DNA of 64,000 nt from Octopus sinensis. Taxonomy: Eukaryota. A model generated the notes under the pieces. It ran no database searches. It was given only the letters and a program-made list of their open reading frames with translations, and was not told the DNA's origin. Shown one piece after another: positions 9,870 through 24,979 of the stretch; the first letter of the stretch is position 1; every line of letters begins with the position of its first letter. The stretch is from the NCBI RefSeq assembly GCF_006345805.1, contig NC_043012.1, positions 19,530,001 to 19,594,000 on the forward strand. The letters are read 5' to 3'. Made by a program: the position numbers and the translations under genes.

Positions 9870-12800
9870 TGAAAGAAAGAGAGAGAGAAAGAATTTTTTT
9901 GATCGATAAATAAATGAACAAATAAGTATTCGTATATATACGCTTAGTTATAAGTCTCTATATATTTATATATGTGATTGTATTAAAAAGAAAGCATGAA
10001 TAGATTTATGTGTGTGCGTGTATCTATTTCTGTACGTGTATACGCATAATGCAACTACTAACACATCTTATATTTCAAGACTTTACCAACTTTTAAAATT
10101 TATTCCCTTACGTCAAAATAAAATTGCTACATCATACTGTATATAAAATTTATTGAGATTATAATAATATAATAACTTCATAATTCAATTTACTTGTTCA
10201 TACGGTTTCAATATTTTTGTAACTGAAATACCGAGTAAACCTAATTTACATATCCTCTGTTTTGGGTTTTAAAATCCTTCGGAACAGTGAAAAAAATAAT
10301 TGTTTCTTTACGCTGTAACTCTTGCTGTTGTGCATACTTCACTCTGTCATAATTTCAGCCGCAGGTATTTCGTATGAGATATGCAGCAGTGTTTTATTTA
10401 TCTTCTTTTTGCTTTTAGAGTTTATCTTTGTCATCATGTGTTTCTCGATTATAATATACGATCTCTTCCTATACATTGTCTCTCTACTTTGCATCGCAGT
10501 CATGAGATTGTGATCATGAACAGGATGACTATCTTCAACATCATCATCATCGTTGTTGTCTTTCTATTTGTCGTCTTTGTCGTCGTCATCATAACACTAT
10601 CGTCTTCACAATCATCATCATGTTCGTTGTCATCGTCATCTTCCTCACAATCATGAATGCCGTCGTCATCGTCGTCATACCTACGCCTGTTGTTTTACTT
10701 TCAATATTTTATCTCAAATTTTCACACTTCCACTTGTAATATTATTTTAACTCTACCTTTGTCGATTCTCCGATGCCTTCCCGTTATTACGATTTTTTTG
10801 TTTGTTCCCTTCGATTTTATCTACCCAAGTTTGTACACGTCCATGCAAATCTCATTATACTTCGTTTATTACAAATATAATTTCACTATTTTTTTTTTAA
10901 AGTCAAGTGCAGAAATGCTCGCCATAATTATTCACACGCTAGTGTTTTACAGAATCAAACCTGGAGTAAACTTGAGATTCACGTAGTTTCCGAATCCCTT
11001 TCTTAATAATCGTCCCAATTTATTTTGTTGATGTTTGTGCATTCTTTGTGAAAACATTTCAATGCATTACGACCAGACGTTCAGGCAGCGAACATCCGAT
11101 TATATTCTCATTGGTATGTTTAAAAGGCTTGCTTTACAGGTAGGTGAGTTTGGTGTCATTTTCACTGCGTTGGATTTTAGCAAAGTGTCTTCTTCTATAG
11201 CCCCGGATCGCCCTGTGAGTTTGGTAGAAGCTGTGTGGAGCTCTATCATAAACACACAGAAACACAGGCATAAACATGCAAACATAGTTACATATGTATG
11301 TGTGTGTCTTTATCTGTGTGTTTGTCTACCACAACCACTGGCAAAATATCATTACAGTCGTTTATGTGTCTTCATAACTACTCTCGGACTGGAATTTACT
11401 GCACATCGACGTTACACATATTTCCCTACTCTGCGTGGGAACAATATTGACATATGTTGGAAAAGTAAACCGAAGACACGTTGTGAAATCATCTTTCGAG
11501 ATGCCTGAGGTCCAGGTTGTAAAAATTTACAAGTACTGAGCTAAGCCAAACAACTGAAAAAACGAATAAACATAGACCTGTTCTATGAAAGATAATTTAA
11601 TGAAATTTGTCTAATCTGATGAAATTTGTAATATTATCTAAAGGCTTGCTACAAAATATTGTCGCAAAGTATCATTCATTTAAAAGATATTGCTTCCATG
11701 AAGTGGATGAAAGGTAAATTCTCTGGCTATTGAATTATAGCAGACAATTGTATATATTATTTTATTCCATTATATTATATTGTATTTTCAAATTTTATTT
11801 CGAAGAGTCAAATAATGAAATATTGATCGTTGATTTACCTTAAGTATAATTAAGGAATATAAAAATGAAACTCAATGTACAGTACATCATGATCTATCTT
11901 ATTTTCACGTTGAGTATGTTTACTTAATTCAAGTATCCATGTATGTATATTGTTTCTCACATCTTTCGGAACAAAAATATTTCACTGTGATTTACAAAGT
12001 TATCGTGGCTTAGATTATCTGTATAACTCTATTCATATAGGGTCTATCACTCCCTCTTCCTGTTTCACTCTCTCTCAATCCATCAATTTAAACATAGATA
12101 TTCACACACATACTTATATATGTGTGTGTATGGGTGTATGCGTGTGTGTCTGTCTGTGTGTATACATATATATATACATGTAGATATGACTGGATGTATT
12201 GCAGCTGTAATCAGTCATCGATATGAGTTTCTAAGTCTGTTCATCACCACTCAGCGAGGACTATACTTCAATGCTACAGACATGGTCATAGTACGTCTTT
12301 TTTGAAGCAATAAACGGTTGTGAAATCGGCTGGGTTTTTTGTGGAGGTTATTCCTAGCATGCAGAACACATATACAGTGTTTCTCTAGATTTGGTTAAAT
12401 TCTACTCTGATAGTTATTCTGAGACATTCTTCATGATTAAATTTGAAAGGCGCCAGATTGCTTAATTCCTAATAATATATATAACGATATGTTAAATAAT
12501 ATTTATGACGATATGTTAAATTAATTATTATGCAGATAACGTGTAAATAAAATTTTAAGATCTCTTATCTTTATATCATCTTTGTTACAATTTAACGATG
12601 AACTCATTTTGACATCCTTAATTTTTTATTAATATATCGCAAGTAAATTCCATATTTCCCACGATATTTAGTTTTCCTAATATATTCTTCTGTCTGAAAT
12701 AACTTTATTATATTTTCATGTTATAAATTCAGGCATATTCATTATTCACACATGTCCTTATCTAATTTTACCTTATTAGACATTTTGTGTTTCTTCTATC

Positions 12801-13309
12801 GATTTTACAACAATACGTACATATTAAATGTAATCCAAATATTGTTGGTATAAATATTTAGAGGTCGTGACAGGAATACCTTGCTAATAGTAGTCAGGAA
12901 ATGAATGTTTTCGTCGCGGCCTCAGTATGTTATTTATCTCTTGAAAAACAATATTTAAGGTATGGTAATGCAAATTTAGATGTACATTGAAATCAAATTT
13001 AGGCTTTTAAAGAAAGGGATGGATAGGAGAAATTACGGTGAAGTAACATATCGAGAATCATTTTTATATTATACAATGTTCCCGTTTACAAAACCTTTAT
13101 CCGGCTCTAATTATGTTATTAAACGACTGCAAAGTATCCAAGTCTTGAATTAGTCTCACTAGTGAAACGAACGCGAAACTGCCATGTAATATAAATGGAG
13201 ACATATTCATACTATGAAACGGCTGAAGAATTACGCTTTATTATATTCTTTTTGCTGATAAATTGCAAAATTACAGAGAGTATTCAAGCTATTGCATAAT
13301 AACGTGGAT

Positions 13310-13897
13310 ATACGAATATCATATTCCTTCATATTGAATATTGTTGTCCACTGTGGTCTTCCGAAACGAAGAAAAAAGTATCATCAAAGTTGAAGCACCT
13401 CAAAGATCAATTACAAAAAAAGATAGATGGTACGACAGGCCTTGACTATTGGAGTCGATTAGAAAAGCTCAACGCCGCAGTCGGCTCTACATCATCTGCA
13501 TGATGTGGAAATATTCCATCAGCATTGCTGAAATGATTTTGGCATTACCTTTAAGATACACTCAAGGCTGGGGCCCCAGGTTATCCACCCACAAAATAAA
13601 TCATACTCGCATCACATAACAACAATACGGCAGAATTATTTCACTTCAATAGGCGCTGCTCTCTTTAACACTACACCAAAACACATTAAAGCAGAAACAG
13701 ACCCCATAAAGTTCAAGAAGTCTTTAGACAGATTCCTTCAAGAAATCCCGTATAAACCTCCTACACCCGGCTATGTCTCCATAAACAATAGCTCTCTACA
13801 AGCATGGGCCTTGTTGTCAGATTTCTGATTTTAATGGCTTCATCATGTGGTGCTATAAAGTTAGAGATAGCCTGGGCCGAAAAGTATCAAAGTATCA
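13310..13897 (+). mobile_element. CR1/L2-type LINE ORF2 C-terminal fragment and 3' UTR, decayed
   Basis: Translates across frameshifts as HIEYCCPLWS...EAPQRSITKKIDGTTGLDYWSRLEKL...FNTTPKHIKAETDPIKFKKSLDRFLQEIPYKPPTPGY; ends in a short tandem aagtatca tail. Confidence 0.8.
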
Positions 13898-16311
13898 ACA
13901 CACACACACACACACATACATATGTACATATTCGGCCTGTGTCAGGATGTGAAACAATTAATTAGGTCTGTGTTGTAACAGTAATAACTTACTCTTTCTA
14001 GAATCGTAGATTTGACTGCAAGTATGGAATATTTTTTTTGTGTTGATGGTATTTAAAACGTTAAATAACATTTTTCAATTCTTTAGGTATCTGTAATTGT
14101 GGTGCTACTAAAACATAGCGAATAAAAAGCGCAAGCATTTATACTGTTAACTTCATATAAGGCTTTTTTAATGCTCACAATACAACATTATATTCTGAAA
14201 CGACCTTTTGAAATAGCAAATCTAAAATCAGCTGCGGAACTTAAGTGCTGTAAAAAGGTTTATTTTTACGGTAAAAAGTGAACGAGGAATTTCATTTTTT
14301 CTAAACGAACGAAATCATGCGCGGAATTTAACTTAAAGGTTAAACTCGCGATGGTAGATACACAATACATTTTATCTTAGTTCTACTCTTTCAAATGGTT
14401 TTCTTTTAGGAATAGCTTATACGTCATCAAATGTTGCTAGAAAAAACATAGAATAAAGGAAACCCAAAATGAAAGAAAAATTACACGCATCGTAACACTA
14501 CCAAAAAGCAATGTTTCGTTCATTTCTTAATAGCTTCATTGAATGGAATAAATTAGTGTAAATTAATAAAATAGTTGCTATTTCAATAACAAACGTATAT
14601 TCCTGACACACAGATTCCACCAACCGTCTATAATAAAGGAAAAATATGTAGTTTTTATTAGGTAAATGCAAACTGTTTTGCATGGTACTTGGACTGACTT
14701 AATATTGTGACAGTAATCATCTTATGTATATCTTTATTTTGAAAACTCAGACGAATTTCAATGCAAATATTACAAGGCAATCATTTCAAAGTAATCGTAG
14801 TTTCCTGTTTTCTCTTCGTATCAATGATATTTCAAAGCAAATTATTCAAGAGTTTCCACATACGTGAAATTACAGCTACATTTCAGAGAAGTGTTGTCTC
14901 TATTCTCGCGCACATTCCTTTATTCAAATGCTGTACAAACTTTACAAATGAGATGATATGTATATAGATGAAGGATCCATCTCAGTAAAATATATAAATT
15001 ACTAACATTAACTTGAAATTTAAGACACCAATGATATATTGTTAGATTTGAATTGTTATTATAAATATAATATATTGCTTTTAATGGTCATGTCAGGCAT
15101 TTTTTATCCATAGTTTTCTTTAACGCCATATTTTTATCCTATTGAGATCCACAATTGGCAATTACAATAGAAACCTTTATAAAAATAACACCAAAACACC
15201 CTAGCAATTTACCCACAGGCTGCGAGAAATACAACGAAGCAAAGCATATCGTTTAAAGTGATAAAAAAAACGGATAATGAACATCAGGTTAATATGATCT
15301 TGACAAAGAATATATAAATATTAATAAAATGCGTTTGTTCCTGGATATGCACAGATCAGATGTCTCAAGTATACGCAAGATAGAAATAATACACTTTTTT
15401 TATATGCTAATGGCATTAACTGTTAAAAATTTGTGGGAAAAACCCAAACTATTTCCGTCACAGCAAACCTATCTTGTCCGTTTCTGAAAATAAAACAGGT
15501 TATCTATGGCTTCATTAATGTCTCAAACCAAGGCAATAAGCTTCCAAATTTGTTAGTATGCTGCGCAAAATGCTTAGCAGCATTTCGTATGACTATGTGT
15601 TCTGCGATGAAATGCCATTAAAGTCGGAATTGTCTTTCACTTTTCGAGACTCGATACAAAAATGCACAAATTGAGTGCTAAGTTTGGTGTAAATGAAAAT
15701 CCCCTCCCCACCGCTCAAATCAAAAAGGAATATATTTCATGTTAGGGCTCAATGTGCGATCAAATGAAGCAAAATAATGGCGATATACATTTCCTACATT
15801 TTCACTTCAAGAATCGCAACGAACCACGTGACCATTGCTTATCTTCAGTTGCAAAACCGTAAACGTTAAATATCCCCACATCGATAATATCTTCGCAATT
15901 AACCGTCTATGGTGGGAGCAATATATACTCGTCACTTCAAGGAAACACCAAATTATGAATTAGTGACACATGCAAAACTTGCTGCGGCATACATCCCTAA
16001 GGTATATCGCCAGTAATACAACTTTCATCTAATATGAGCCAACAAGAGTGTTTCTGTCTCTATTTTCTTTCAAAAACGCGCAACAGTTTATTTTTCAACA
16101 CTACCTAAATCAATTCTTGAAAAGTCTATTCTCAGATAATCTGTTATAGCAAGGAAATATATACACGCAGCATTATGTATATTTTTGCATGTCATGTTCC
16201 ACTGATTTCAATTGTCTCAAAACTGGGACTATAAAGATGGAAGTTTCATCAGTCCCATCAATTTATATAATTCAAATAACAAATAATATGCGGCACCTGC
16301 CATCTTTCCCA

Positions 16312-16386
<75 letters not shown>

Positions 16387-18037
16387 CGTTTTGGGATTTG
16401 TTTTGCAATATAATTCATGTGAGTTCATGTGTTGAAGCATAATCTGTTGTGTCTGGGGATAGTCATTTTCTTTTTCTGCCTTATAATTTAACGCACTCAC
16501 CGGTACAATTTCCACTTATTTCTTATTTTTATTTTCCTAAAATGTCCGTTACGTCTTGTAACCTTTCCAATAGTATTGATTCCGTCCGTTGTTTACACCG
16601 CGTTCCTTTTTCTTTGTTTGTGCGCATGTGTGTGGGTCAGTGTTTGTGTGTGTATACCTATGCATGCATGCATGTACGTATGTATACATGTGTGTATGTA
16701 CGTGTGTGTATGTATATATATATATATTATATATATATATATATATGCGTGTGTGTATGCATATGTATATATCTCCATGTGTGTGCATGTTTGTCTCTCT
16801 GTTATTTGCAACTATGTACCATGCTTGTATATATGGATGTGCATCTCTACATGTGTGGACCGTTCTCGCCATATGTGTCCTTGTATGGTGTAAAGTGTGT
16901 GTGTATATATGCTCATGTGTTTCGGTCTTCATATAAACTTGAAAGTAAGTTTTGCCAGAAATACTGTCCTTTACCTGCTGTTTCTAGCATGTCAGAGTTA
17001 ACATTTGCAGCCAGCTCACCCCACTCTTATTTTCTTCCTAGATTTCTTCCGAGTCCTATGTTTACGATACAGATTAGGATTTCACCCCAAAACACTTTCT
17101 CAACATTTTTATTTTCTCCCTCCCCACCTCAATTTCTTCATTTTTTTTACTCTTTTCCAATTTCGTTTTTATTTTTATTCTTCGTAATCCACGGAGGAAA
17201 AACAGAAAGTACGAATCGTTAAGAATGTTCTTCTTCTTATTCTTCTTAAAGAAACACTAAAATCTCATTTCCGACCATCCACCCATCAACTCACTATTGT
17301 TAAAAAGCCTCAAACTTCTGGCGTATCACTTTTAGCATTTTGGAAAGCGGAAATGTTTCTTCAGAAATAATGTTGTTTACCTGTTGTTTCTATAGAATTT
17401 TCTGGTGATGGTCTGGTACTTTTTACCTTTGGTATTTCAGTACAATTCTACGCATGTGTGAAAAAACAGACGAAAGTGAAACTGGGAGGTTTAATACTTT
17501 GAAAAGAAGTAGGTTTCAGTAAAAGTTAAACTTTCAGAACAATTAAACTTTAAATAAATATGTATTTTCCAGATTCGTAATCTCTATCTTTCTAAGTAGA
17601 TTAAAAAACGAAATACAAAAACGTTACAAATTAAGAAATTACTGCGAGGACGGGAGAAATTAAAATTTTGAAAGCGTGATTTCGGGGCAAAATCCCAATA
17701 ATCCCTTTTTTATACGATGAGGCATTACATTGTTTGTGGTCCTTCTTAACGGAAAGCACTTTTATGCAAACCCATACAAATTTTACACTCCCAATTTACT
17801 TTTACACAAACTTTAAATTCCATTACGCCAGTAATCTTGTTCACTTTATAACAGCTATGTCGATTCTGCCCATACGAAAGGAACAAATAATACAATGCGG
17901 GTGTAGGTCATAACACCGGGGTAACGCAAAAGAATACCTAAACATCCACAAGGCTCTAGCGGGTGTTGGTGGCGAACTTTTTGACCTCAAATTTCTCTCA
18001 CTCTTTTTTCCAGTTTTTGTTGTACATATATTTCAAA

Positions 18038-18170
18038 GGTGCAGCCTTGTCACACTCTGTGCTACGCTGAACCCCCCCCCCCAGAGAACTACGTTAATGT
18101 ACACGTGTCTGTGAAGTGCTCAGTCACTTGCGTGTTAATTTCTCGTGCAGGCCATTCCGTTGATCGGAAT
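18038..18170 (+). mobile_element. SINE-like internal fragment
   Basis: gtgcagccttgtcacactctgtg...gagaactacgttaatgtacacgtgtctgtgaagtgctcag...gccattccgttgatcgga resembles a cephalopod SINE body as I recall it. Confidence 0.5.
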
Positions 18171-18181
18171 ATATGTATATA

Positions 18182-18236
<55 letters not shown>

Positions 18237-18241
18237 GTATG

Positions 18242-18284
<43 letters not shown>

Positions 18285-18287
<3 letters not shown>

Positions 18288-18792
18288 ATCAAAATAAACA
18301 ACAAGGATATCCAAAGGTAGTGTAGTACAATCCTTTTATGCTACTTCATTTAATTAAACAATGTAAGTATTACATCAGTTTTAAAATCTAGAGCACTCTT
18401 CAGCCACATATGGAATTTTTAAATTGAATTGACAATGTTCATTTTTATACTTATTCCATTTTCCAACATTGCAAAGAGGGTAGGTATATAGACAGAGAGG
18501 TGAATTTCATCAATAAAAACATGGTAGTAGACCTTAACTCATGGGCAGATTTTTCATCACTAAGTTCACTTTGTTATTTAGATTTACCGATGGAGAGGGG
18601 TCTTCTATTAAGTTCAATTTTATTAAATGAAGTAGCATGAAACGATTGTACTACACTACCTTTGGATGTCCTTGTTGCTTATTTTGATTATAATCACCCC
18701 CACTTGATTTATATGGATAATACCATACCAAATTCTGGTGCCTTTAACTTAAGTACCATATACATCTGAATCTAAATTCTTGCTGAAGATAT
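18285..18792. mobile_element. PLE-terminus-like element with ~75-bp inverted arms and hammerhead 3' half
   Basis: 18285-18358 is the reverse complement of 18617-18691; GAAAC-GATT-GTA at 18639-18650; tail 18670-18792 matches the reverse complement of 25775-25895; spacer has weak minus-strand FNLKIPYVAEECSRF (PLE LPYV-like). Confidence 0.75.
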
Positions 18793-18817
18793 ATATTTAT
18801 ATATATATATATACATA

Positions 18818-19000
18818 TACACATGGGGTTGCTATAAAGTTTCTGCCTTGGAGGAAAAACACAATACAGGAGGATCAGTTTATTCTTATTTTATTCAACA
18901 TATTCCCCTCTCAGCTTCACACAATTCACCGTTTTGTAAGCTCTATCAGAGTTCCGAAGCTGGTGCTTTCACGCTTAAATCCGGAATCTTTTCAGCATCT
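18818..19000. mobile_element. Decayed mariner-like terminal fragment
   Basis: tacacatggggttgctataaagtttctg resembles a mariner TIR, followed by attcaacatattcccctctcag typical of the end of such elements (recollection). Confidence 0.4.
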
Positions 19001-19929
19001 CCTCGTATATTTGCACACACACACACACACATACACAATGATACACATACACACACACAGTACATACATGAATATATATGAAATAAATTCTATATTCATT
19101 TTCCTGAATAATCTCTGACATAAGATTTCTCCGAGACGCCGCATCACATCGCGCTTCTTTGATCTAATTACATCACTATAGATGTTTATTTCTCGCCAAT
19201 ATAATAAATTCCCACTTATATTGTTTCTTCTCTATTTTATTTTGTTCTTCGTAAATATTCTCAACGATAAAATGAAACTTGTTGATATATTTATTGCACA
19301 CTCAATATTTTTATCGCTAGCAAATGTGTACAATATAATTATATAAGGTAACTGGAGTAAGTTCTCTTATTTTCGATTTCTCTCTTTTCTAACGAAAGCA
19401 ATTCGATCCTACATATATAAAAAAAATAGCTACAGCACTAATACACTGAATATATGTGTACGTTCATCTGTATTTTATCTTTTTTTTCCCATTTAATGTT
19501 GATTTAATTCGTCGCTAAAAGCATTATGCACTCTTTCAGTACATCGAGCAAAAGTCAATATCAGTTTCTGCTCTTTCACTGAAGGCGATGTTAAATCAGA
19601 TTCAACGTAGTTATTTGTTAGGATCTGATATTTTTATTCTCAATATTTAGCATAGTCGTATGGGGTATTTTATAGGTATTTTATATAAGCAATTGCAGCA
19701 TATCACGTGGTATTTTTTAATTGTTTTTTTTTTACTACGTAGAGAAACCAGCATGTTTAGTAGCCAAGCATCATAACAGTGATATAAAGGGACACAAAAA
19801 ACAGAAAGATTTTCAGAGTTTGCGATAACGGAATATAATCCCCAAAACGTTTTTATCATCTTTTGCTACCCGCCCTATCATTACACACACACTCACAATA
19901 CACACACACACACACATGCATATATATAT

Positions 19930-20428
19930 ATGCTTTATTTTAAAGCAGCAGAAATATAACAGAAGGTGTTACTGAGAGTTTCACGTTCCCGTTCGTCGGT
20001 CAGTTTTGTTAAAATAGAACAGAAATAATGATATGATCAAAACTAGTTAAAGGATACACCTTTAAAAATGGATTTGCTTCATTGGTCCTTTCACATAACG
20101 GTCTTAATCATGTGATAAACAAAATAAACAAAATAAATGAATTCAATATAAATTCATTCTATTATAAAAAATCGAGGAAAAACATTAAGACCGTTATTTG
20201 ATAGGACCAATGAAGCAAATCCATTTTAAAGGGGTAGCTGTTAACTAGTTTTGATCATATCCTTATTCTTGTTCTATTTTAACAAAACAGTCTGACGAAC
20301 GGGAACATGAAACTCTGAGTAACACCTATTGTTATATTTGTGCTGACTTAAAATAAAGCATATTACTCTACCCCTGGTATTTGAGTACTCTTTTTGTTTA
20401 CCTTTTTTCACATTTATCTACTTACTCC

Positions 20429-20462
<34 letters not shown>

Positions 20463-20597
20463 GGAGTAAGTAGATAAATGTGAAAAAGGTAAACAAAAAG
20501 AGTACTCAAATACCAGGGGTAGAGTAATATGCTTTATTTTAAAGCAGCACAAATATAACAAAAGGTGTTACTCAGAGTTTCAAGTTTCCGTTCGTCA
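19930..20597. mobile_element. Three-armed inverted cluster of one HHR-bearing PLE-terminus family
   Basis: Arm A 19930-20108 (-), arm B 20184-20430 (+), (TA)15 at 20431-20460, arm C 20461-20597 (-); CTGACGA-acgggaacat-GAAAC-tctga-GTA at 20292-20321; stem II acg-ggaa-cgt intact in arm A. Confidence 0.85.
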
Positions 20598-20620
20598 TAT
20601 ATATATATATATATATATAA

Positions 20621-20671
<51 letters not shown>

Positions 20672-21060
20672 GTATATAAATATATATATGTATATGCTAT
20701 TTTCCTAGTCACCTGCTACTCTGTTACAAGAACGCTACCGGGGCATGCTTGAAACTCGGCAGTATAATATTAAGTCACGAAAATTTGTAGCACAGGATAG
20801 GGATCACGGAGAAGCAGGCAGCATCGCGTCATCTACGACTTCAAGATCAACTACTTGAAGCCAGCATGATCCCAACCTATTGGCACGTCCGATCTACCGC
20901 AATATGACGGGTATATCTATGTAATCTCGGCACACTATGCGGTACAATATGCGGACACGGAATGGTACGGCAAAACATTCAGCAAAACCTCATGCAACTA
21001 CACATATGAATGCATAGATACACATATATACGCACACATACAGACATACATATTTACATA

Positions 21061-21123
<63 letters not shown>

Positions 21124-23767
21124 GTATATATATATGCATGTATAAACGTGTGCGAGTGAGTTCGTAGTACATCGCATCAGCTGATGTACTTGCACGTACA
21201 AATGCACGTTCCCACGATTTTATCGATCGCATTCCCACCTGGAATCGATATTTGTAACTTTTTCAAAACTTATACACGCCTCGACACCGTCGGTATCTAC
21301 ATATCAAATTTGAGCGCAATCGGATGGGTAAACCACAAACAGTAAAACCACAGAACAGCAATATGTATCGAACATGATTTGACATAATAGAAAAGTGGAG
21401 GCCTGAAATGAACCTTATATTAAATGTTTTCACGTATGAGTGTGTAAGTTACAAGTAGTATTATTAAAAGTTATAAGATATGCATCTGTCTGTATATTAG
21501 TATATGCGCTTAGGCATTAGCAAATTAGTATAAGCAGAGAAAAAAATAACAATAAAACCAGAGACACAACGAGTTTACAAAGACCAATGTTCAAGAACTT
21601 GAACCACTGAACTAAGCACTAACTCAACAATGAGCTATAATAAACTTTTGTCTTTATTCTAGTATGAGGACGAAATGTTATTGAAGTGCATTGCTGCAAT
21701 GATAGATGCAGTGAACCTCATAATCGGAATTTGGTTCTAGTGATTAATGAAAAGATAATTGTTACAGCACACTACTGATTTGCGTGTTCAACTACATACC
21801 TATGCATTCACTTGCTGGGCGTTTCTTAAGAAAGAGCATCGAATATTTTAGTGCACAGCGTCCGTTGCAACATTTCCTGATCAGTTTAATGATTATATTG
21901 TTAATTTTATTTCGCATCTAGCCACCATTCATTAAACTGACAAATTACTTGTCTGAGTGGATTTGTAATAACTCAAACAATTTTGAAATTTTAGATTCTC
22001 AAGTCTTTCCTGTATAGCTACAGTGCGAATTCTGATCCGTTTATGCATGCGTATTTCACTAACGAATAAACTATTTATCCTATTGCCACTGATATATTAA
22101 CGGTAATCGTATTCCACAATTCTTCCGGTCTTTCAGGGCGTTCTTTCATTAATAACTCTGTTGATTCTATCCCATGCTGACTATAGAAGAAATATCCATT
22201 TAGATTTGATGTGATTAAAAGCATCATTATCGTTTGTTGAGATGAGAAAAGATCATGACTTTATGAACGTAATGCATGGCGTTATTGAAACATGAGTAGA
22301 ATCATGATATATCCTACAGTTGCACATCAGGATATTAGTTAATCTAATTGTGATAACGTTGCACTTTCTTTGAGTGCATAATATAGTAAAAGTATCTGAA
22401 AGTATGTTTAGTGATCCACATACAACCAAGAGAAGATTAAATGTTCACGATTTTTTTTTCCTATTTTGTGCACTTTTGTGAAGCCAATGTCTGCCATTAA
22501 CTATGTATATAACTCTTATAGTCACATCTTTCTACCAATGTTTCCCGGTAAGTCGAAACTTGAGGAAATCGATCGCTCAACATCGATTTGAAAAGAATTC
22601 CCGAAGAGTCTAACTGAAAGTCGTTTCCCACAATTTCACTTCAGCCAATATTCATGCTTGTGAAATCTAGTGTGTGTCTCTACTGCTAAATGTATTCCCG
22701 GGGTCTTTGAATGAAGAAGAAACACTATCCTTAGTTTCACTCGGCTACAGTCAGGCGATTTCATTTCCTTTCAGCACTACACACGATAAGCTCTTTATTA
22801 TAATATTTTATTACACATTTAGAAATATTCATCACTTGCTAAATGGTATGGCTAAAAAAAAGTTACATTTTGCGGCTTTATCTATAGGAAATTGCATATG
22901 TCACGCACCCCTCACGGACATCTGGTAAGGAAAAACATTTGCATGAATGGAATAAAAATATGCAACTCTAATGCCAATTTACACGCGAATCGCATTCACG
23001 TTTTAAAGTCTTACATGCAGGTAAACACAATCGTGCGGGTCACATATTAAGCTCCCGTACACAGTGCACTTGTATTGGTACCAGCAAATTTAACGCCTTC
23101 GACTATATTAGTATCAACACACGGTGTTAAAAATGTTTGTTTTGCAACTTGCCGTATTTTACACGCCTTACGTTTGGGATACTAAAGTTACAAAAACAAA
23201 TACAAAAGAAAAGAAATATTGATTGCTTGTTATAGAACGAGAGAAACAAACAGTATATATCGAATATATTTCCTATCAGTGAAAATATGATTTTAGTTCA
23301 TCGAATGAAATCACAAGGTGTTGAATGTAATTAAAATATAAAAAAGAACGAAAATATACAACGGCGGATCTAAATACATGTAATTTGTATAACACAATTG
23401 TTACAGTTCTAGACATTGTATATACTAGCGTTTAATTCACGATGATTGAATGTAATTGAAGTATATTTCAAAATGCCGTGGAACTATTTGAAATTGTGTT
23501 CAGAATTGAAGAGATATTCGCTGATACATGACACACATACCAATGCCGTGAATGTATGTATGTATGTATGTATGAATGTATGTATGTATGTATGTATGTA
23601 TGTATGTATGTATGCATGCATGTATGTATGCATGTATGTATGTATGCATGGATGTATGTATGTATGCATATATACACATATATAAATTTATATAAATATA
23701 TATGTATGCATGCATATGTATACATTTATGTATATATATACAAGGATATGTGTATATATATATATGT

Positions 23768-23798
<31 letters not shown>

Positions 23799-24681
23799 CA
23801 TGTTGGTATGTGCATAAAAATATGCATGAATGCATGTGTGTATTTGTGTCTATGCGTATATGAGTGTGGGGTAGGGTGCGAAATTCTAACTGTGTGTATA
23901 TATGTATATGTATTTGCCTTTGCATGTGTCTGTTTGTCTGCGTAGATATGTTTTTTTCATCAACTTTTTGCAGAAGAGTTTAGTAACATTTCATGTCATC
24001 ATTTTTTTTGGGTACATTCCTAGCGTAAATAACATTTAAGAATGAAATTGTTCTTAAATTGCACTTAACGAAAGTTCTGAAATTATCTTTAAAAACGAAA
24101 TTATATATTTCCTTTGAAGACATGGGAAATATGAAAACTGTGAATATATTAGCGAAAGGAAAATAAAGCAATGAAAACACTCGCTTAGTAACATTACTGC
24201 CGCAAACTTTCTGATTTTATAATTTTTTTTTTAAAGTTAATAATACAAAACAACAGCATACATATAAAATGAAGACTGGAAAATATAGATGGTCATGTTA
24301 TATACAACAATGTTTTTGAAAGTAGTTTATTGATTGTTAAATCTTCTGAGAATTGATAATTCATATGTAAAAATACTTACGAAGTTTCAATATCGTTCCG
24401 TTGATGACTATGTCCCTGTGTCTCCTATCCTAATAGTAGAACATGTGTTCGTCATAGATCACCTGAAACACAGGTGGTTATGAATTGGAGGTAGATGGTT
24501 CCATCACATACCTGTAGTTACCAATACGTCTATACTTCAGCTCGACATTGAGAACACTAGAAAATTTTCTCAAACATTTTCTCAAAATTCATGCATAATT
24601 CTGTGTGCAGTGTGAATACGGAAGAGAGAAGAAACCCTCTGTATATATATATATATATATATGTGTATATATATATATATC

Positions 24682-24712
<31 letters not shown>

Positions 24713-24833
24713 ATATATATATATATATGAATGCATATGCGTATTTGTTTACATCGATCGTGTGATCCAACAGCGGAAATTAGTCAACAACCATTGCTTT
24801 ATACGTTTCTTCAGAGCTGCGTCTCTTAGGTTC

Positions 24834-24879
24834 ATCCCATGACAAGAGTCAAAAAGCTCGAAACATCGATATCTGGGAT
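24834..24879 (+). ncRNA. Degenerate type I hammerhead in a short insert between (TA)n tracts
   Basis: atccca-TGACAA-gag-tcaaaaag-ctc-GAAAC-atcgat-ATC-tgggat; 6-bp stem I and palindromic stem III loop intact, core has three changes. Confidence 0.55.
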
Positions 24880-24979
24880 CCTGAGTGGGATCCGAAGAAA
24901 TCGGATATTTTCACATCTTTTTCTCATAACCGAATACTTTTACCACGGTAACGGGATGAATTGACTTTTAGCGGTTCAA

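Noticed and set aside
11060-11250. Host exon or microexon near tttacag-GTAG-gtgagt and ORFs 11035-11508 / 11100-11285
   Set aside because: Splice-like motifs are common by chance, no recognisable protein similarity, and no consistent partner exons; needs RNA-seq
16449-17222. 257-aa ORF
   Set aside because: Largely translation of (TG)n/(TA)n/(TATG)n and pyrimidine-rich low-complexity sequence
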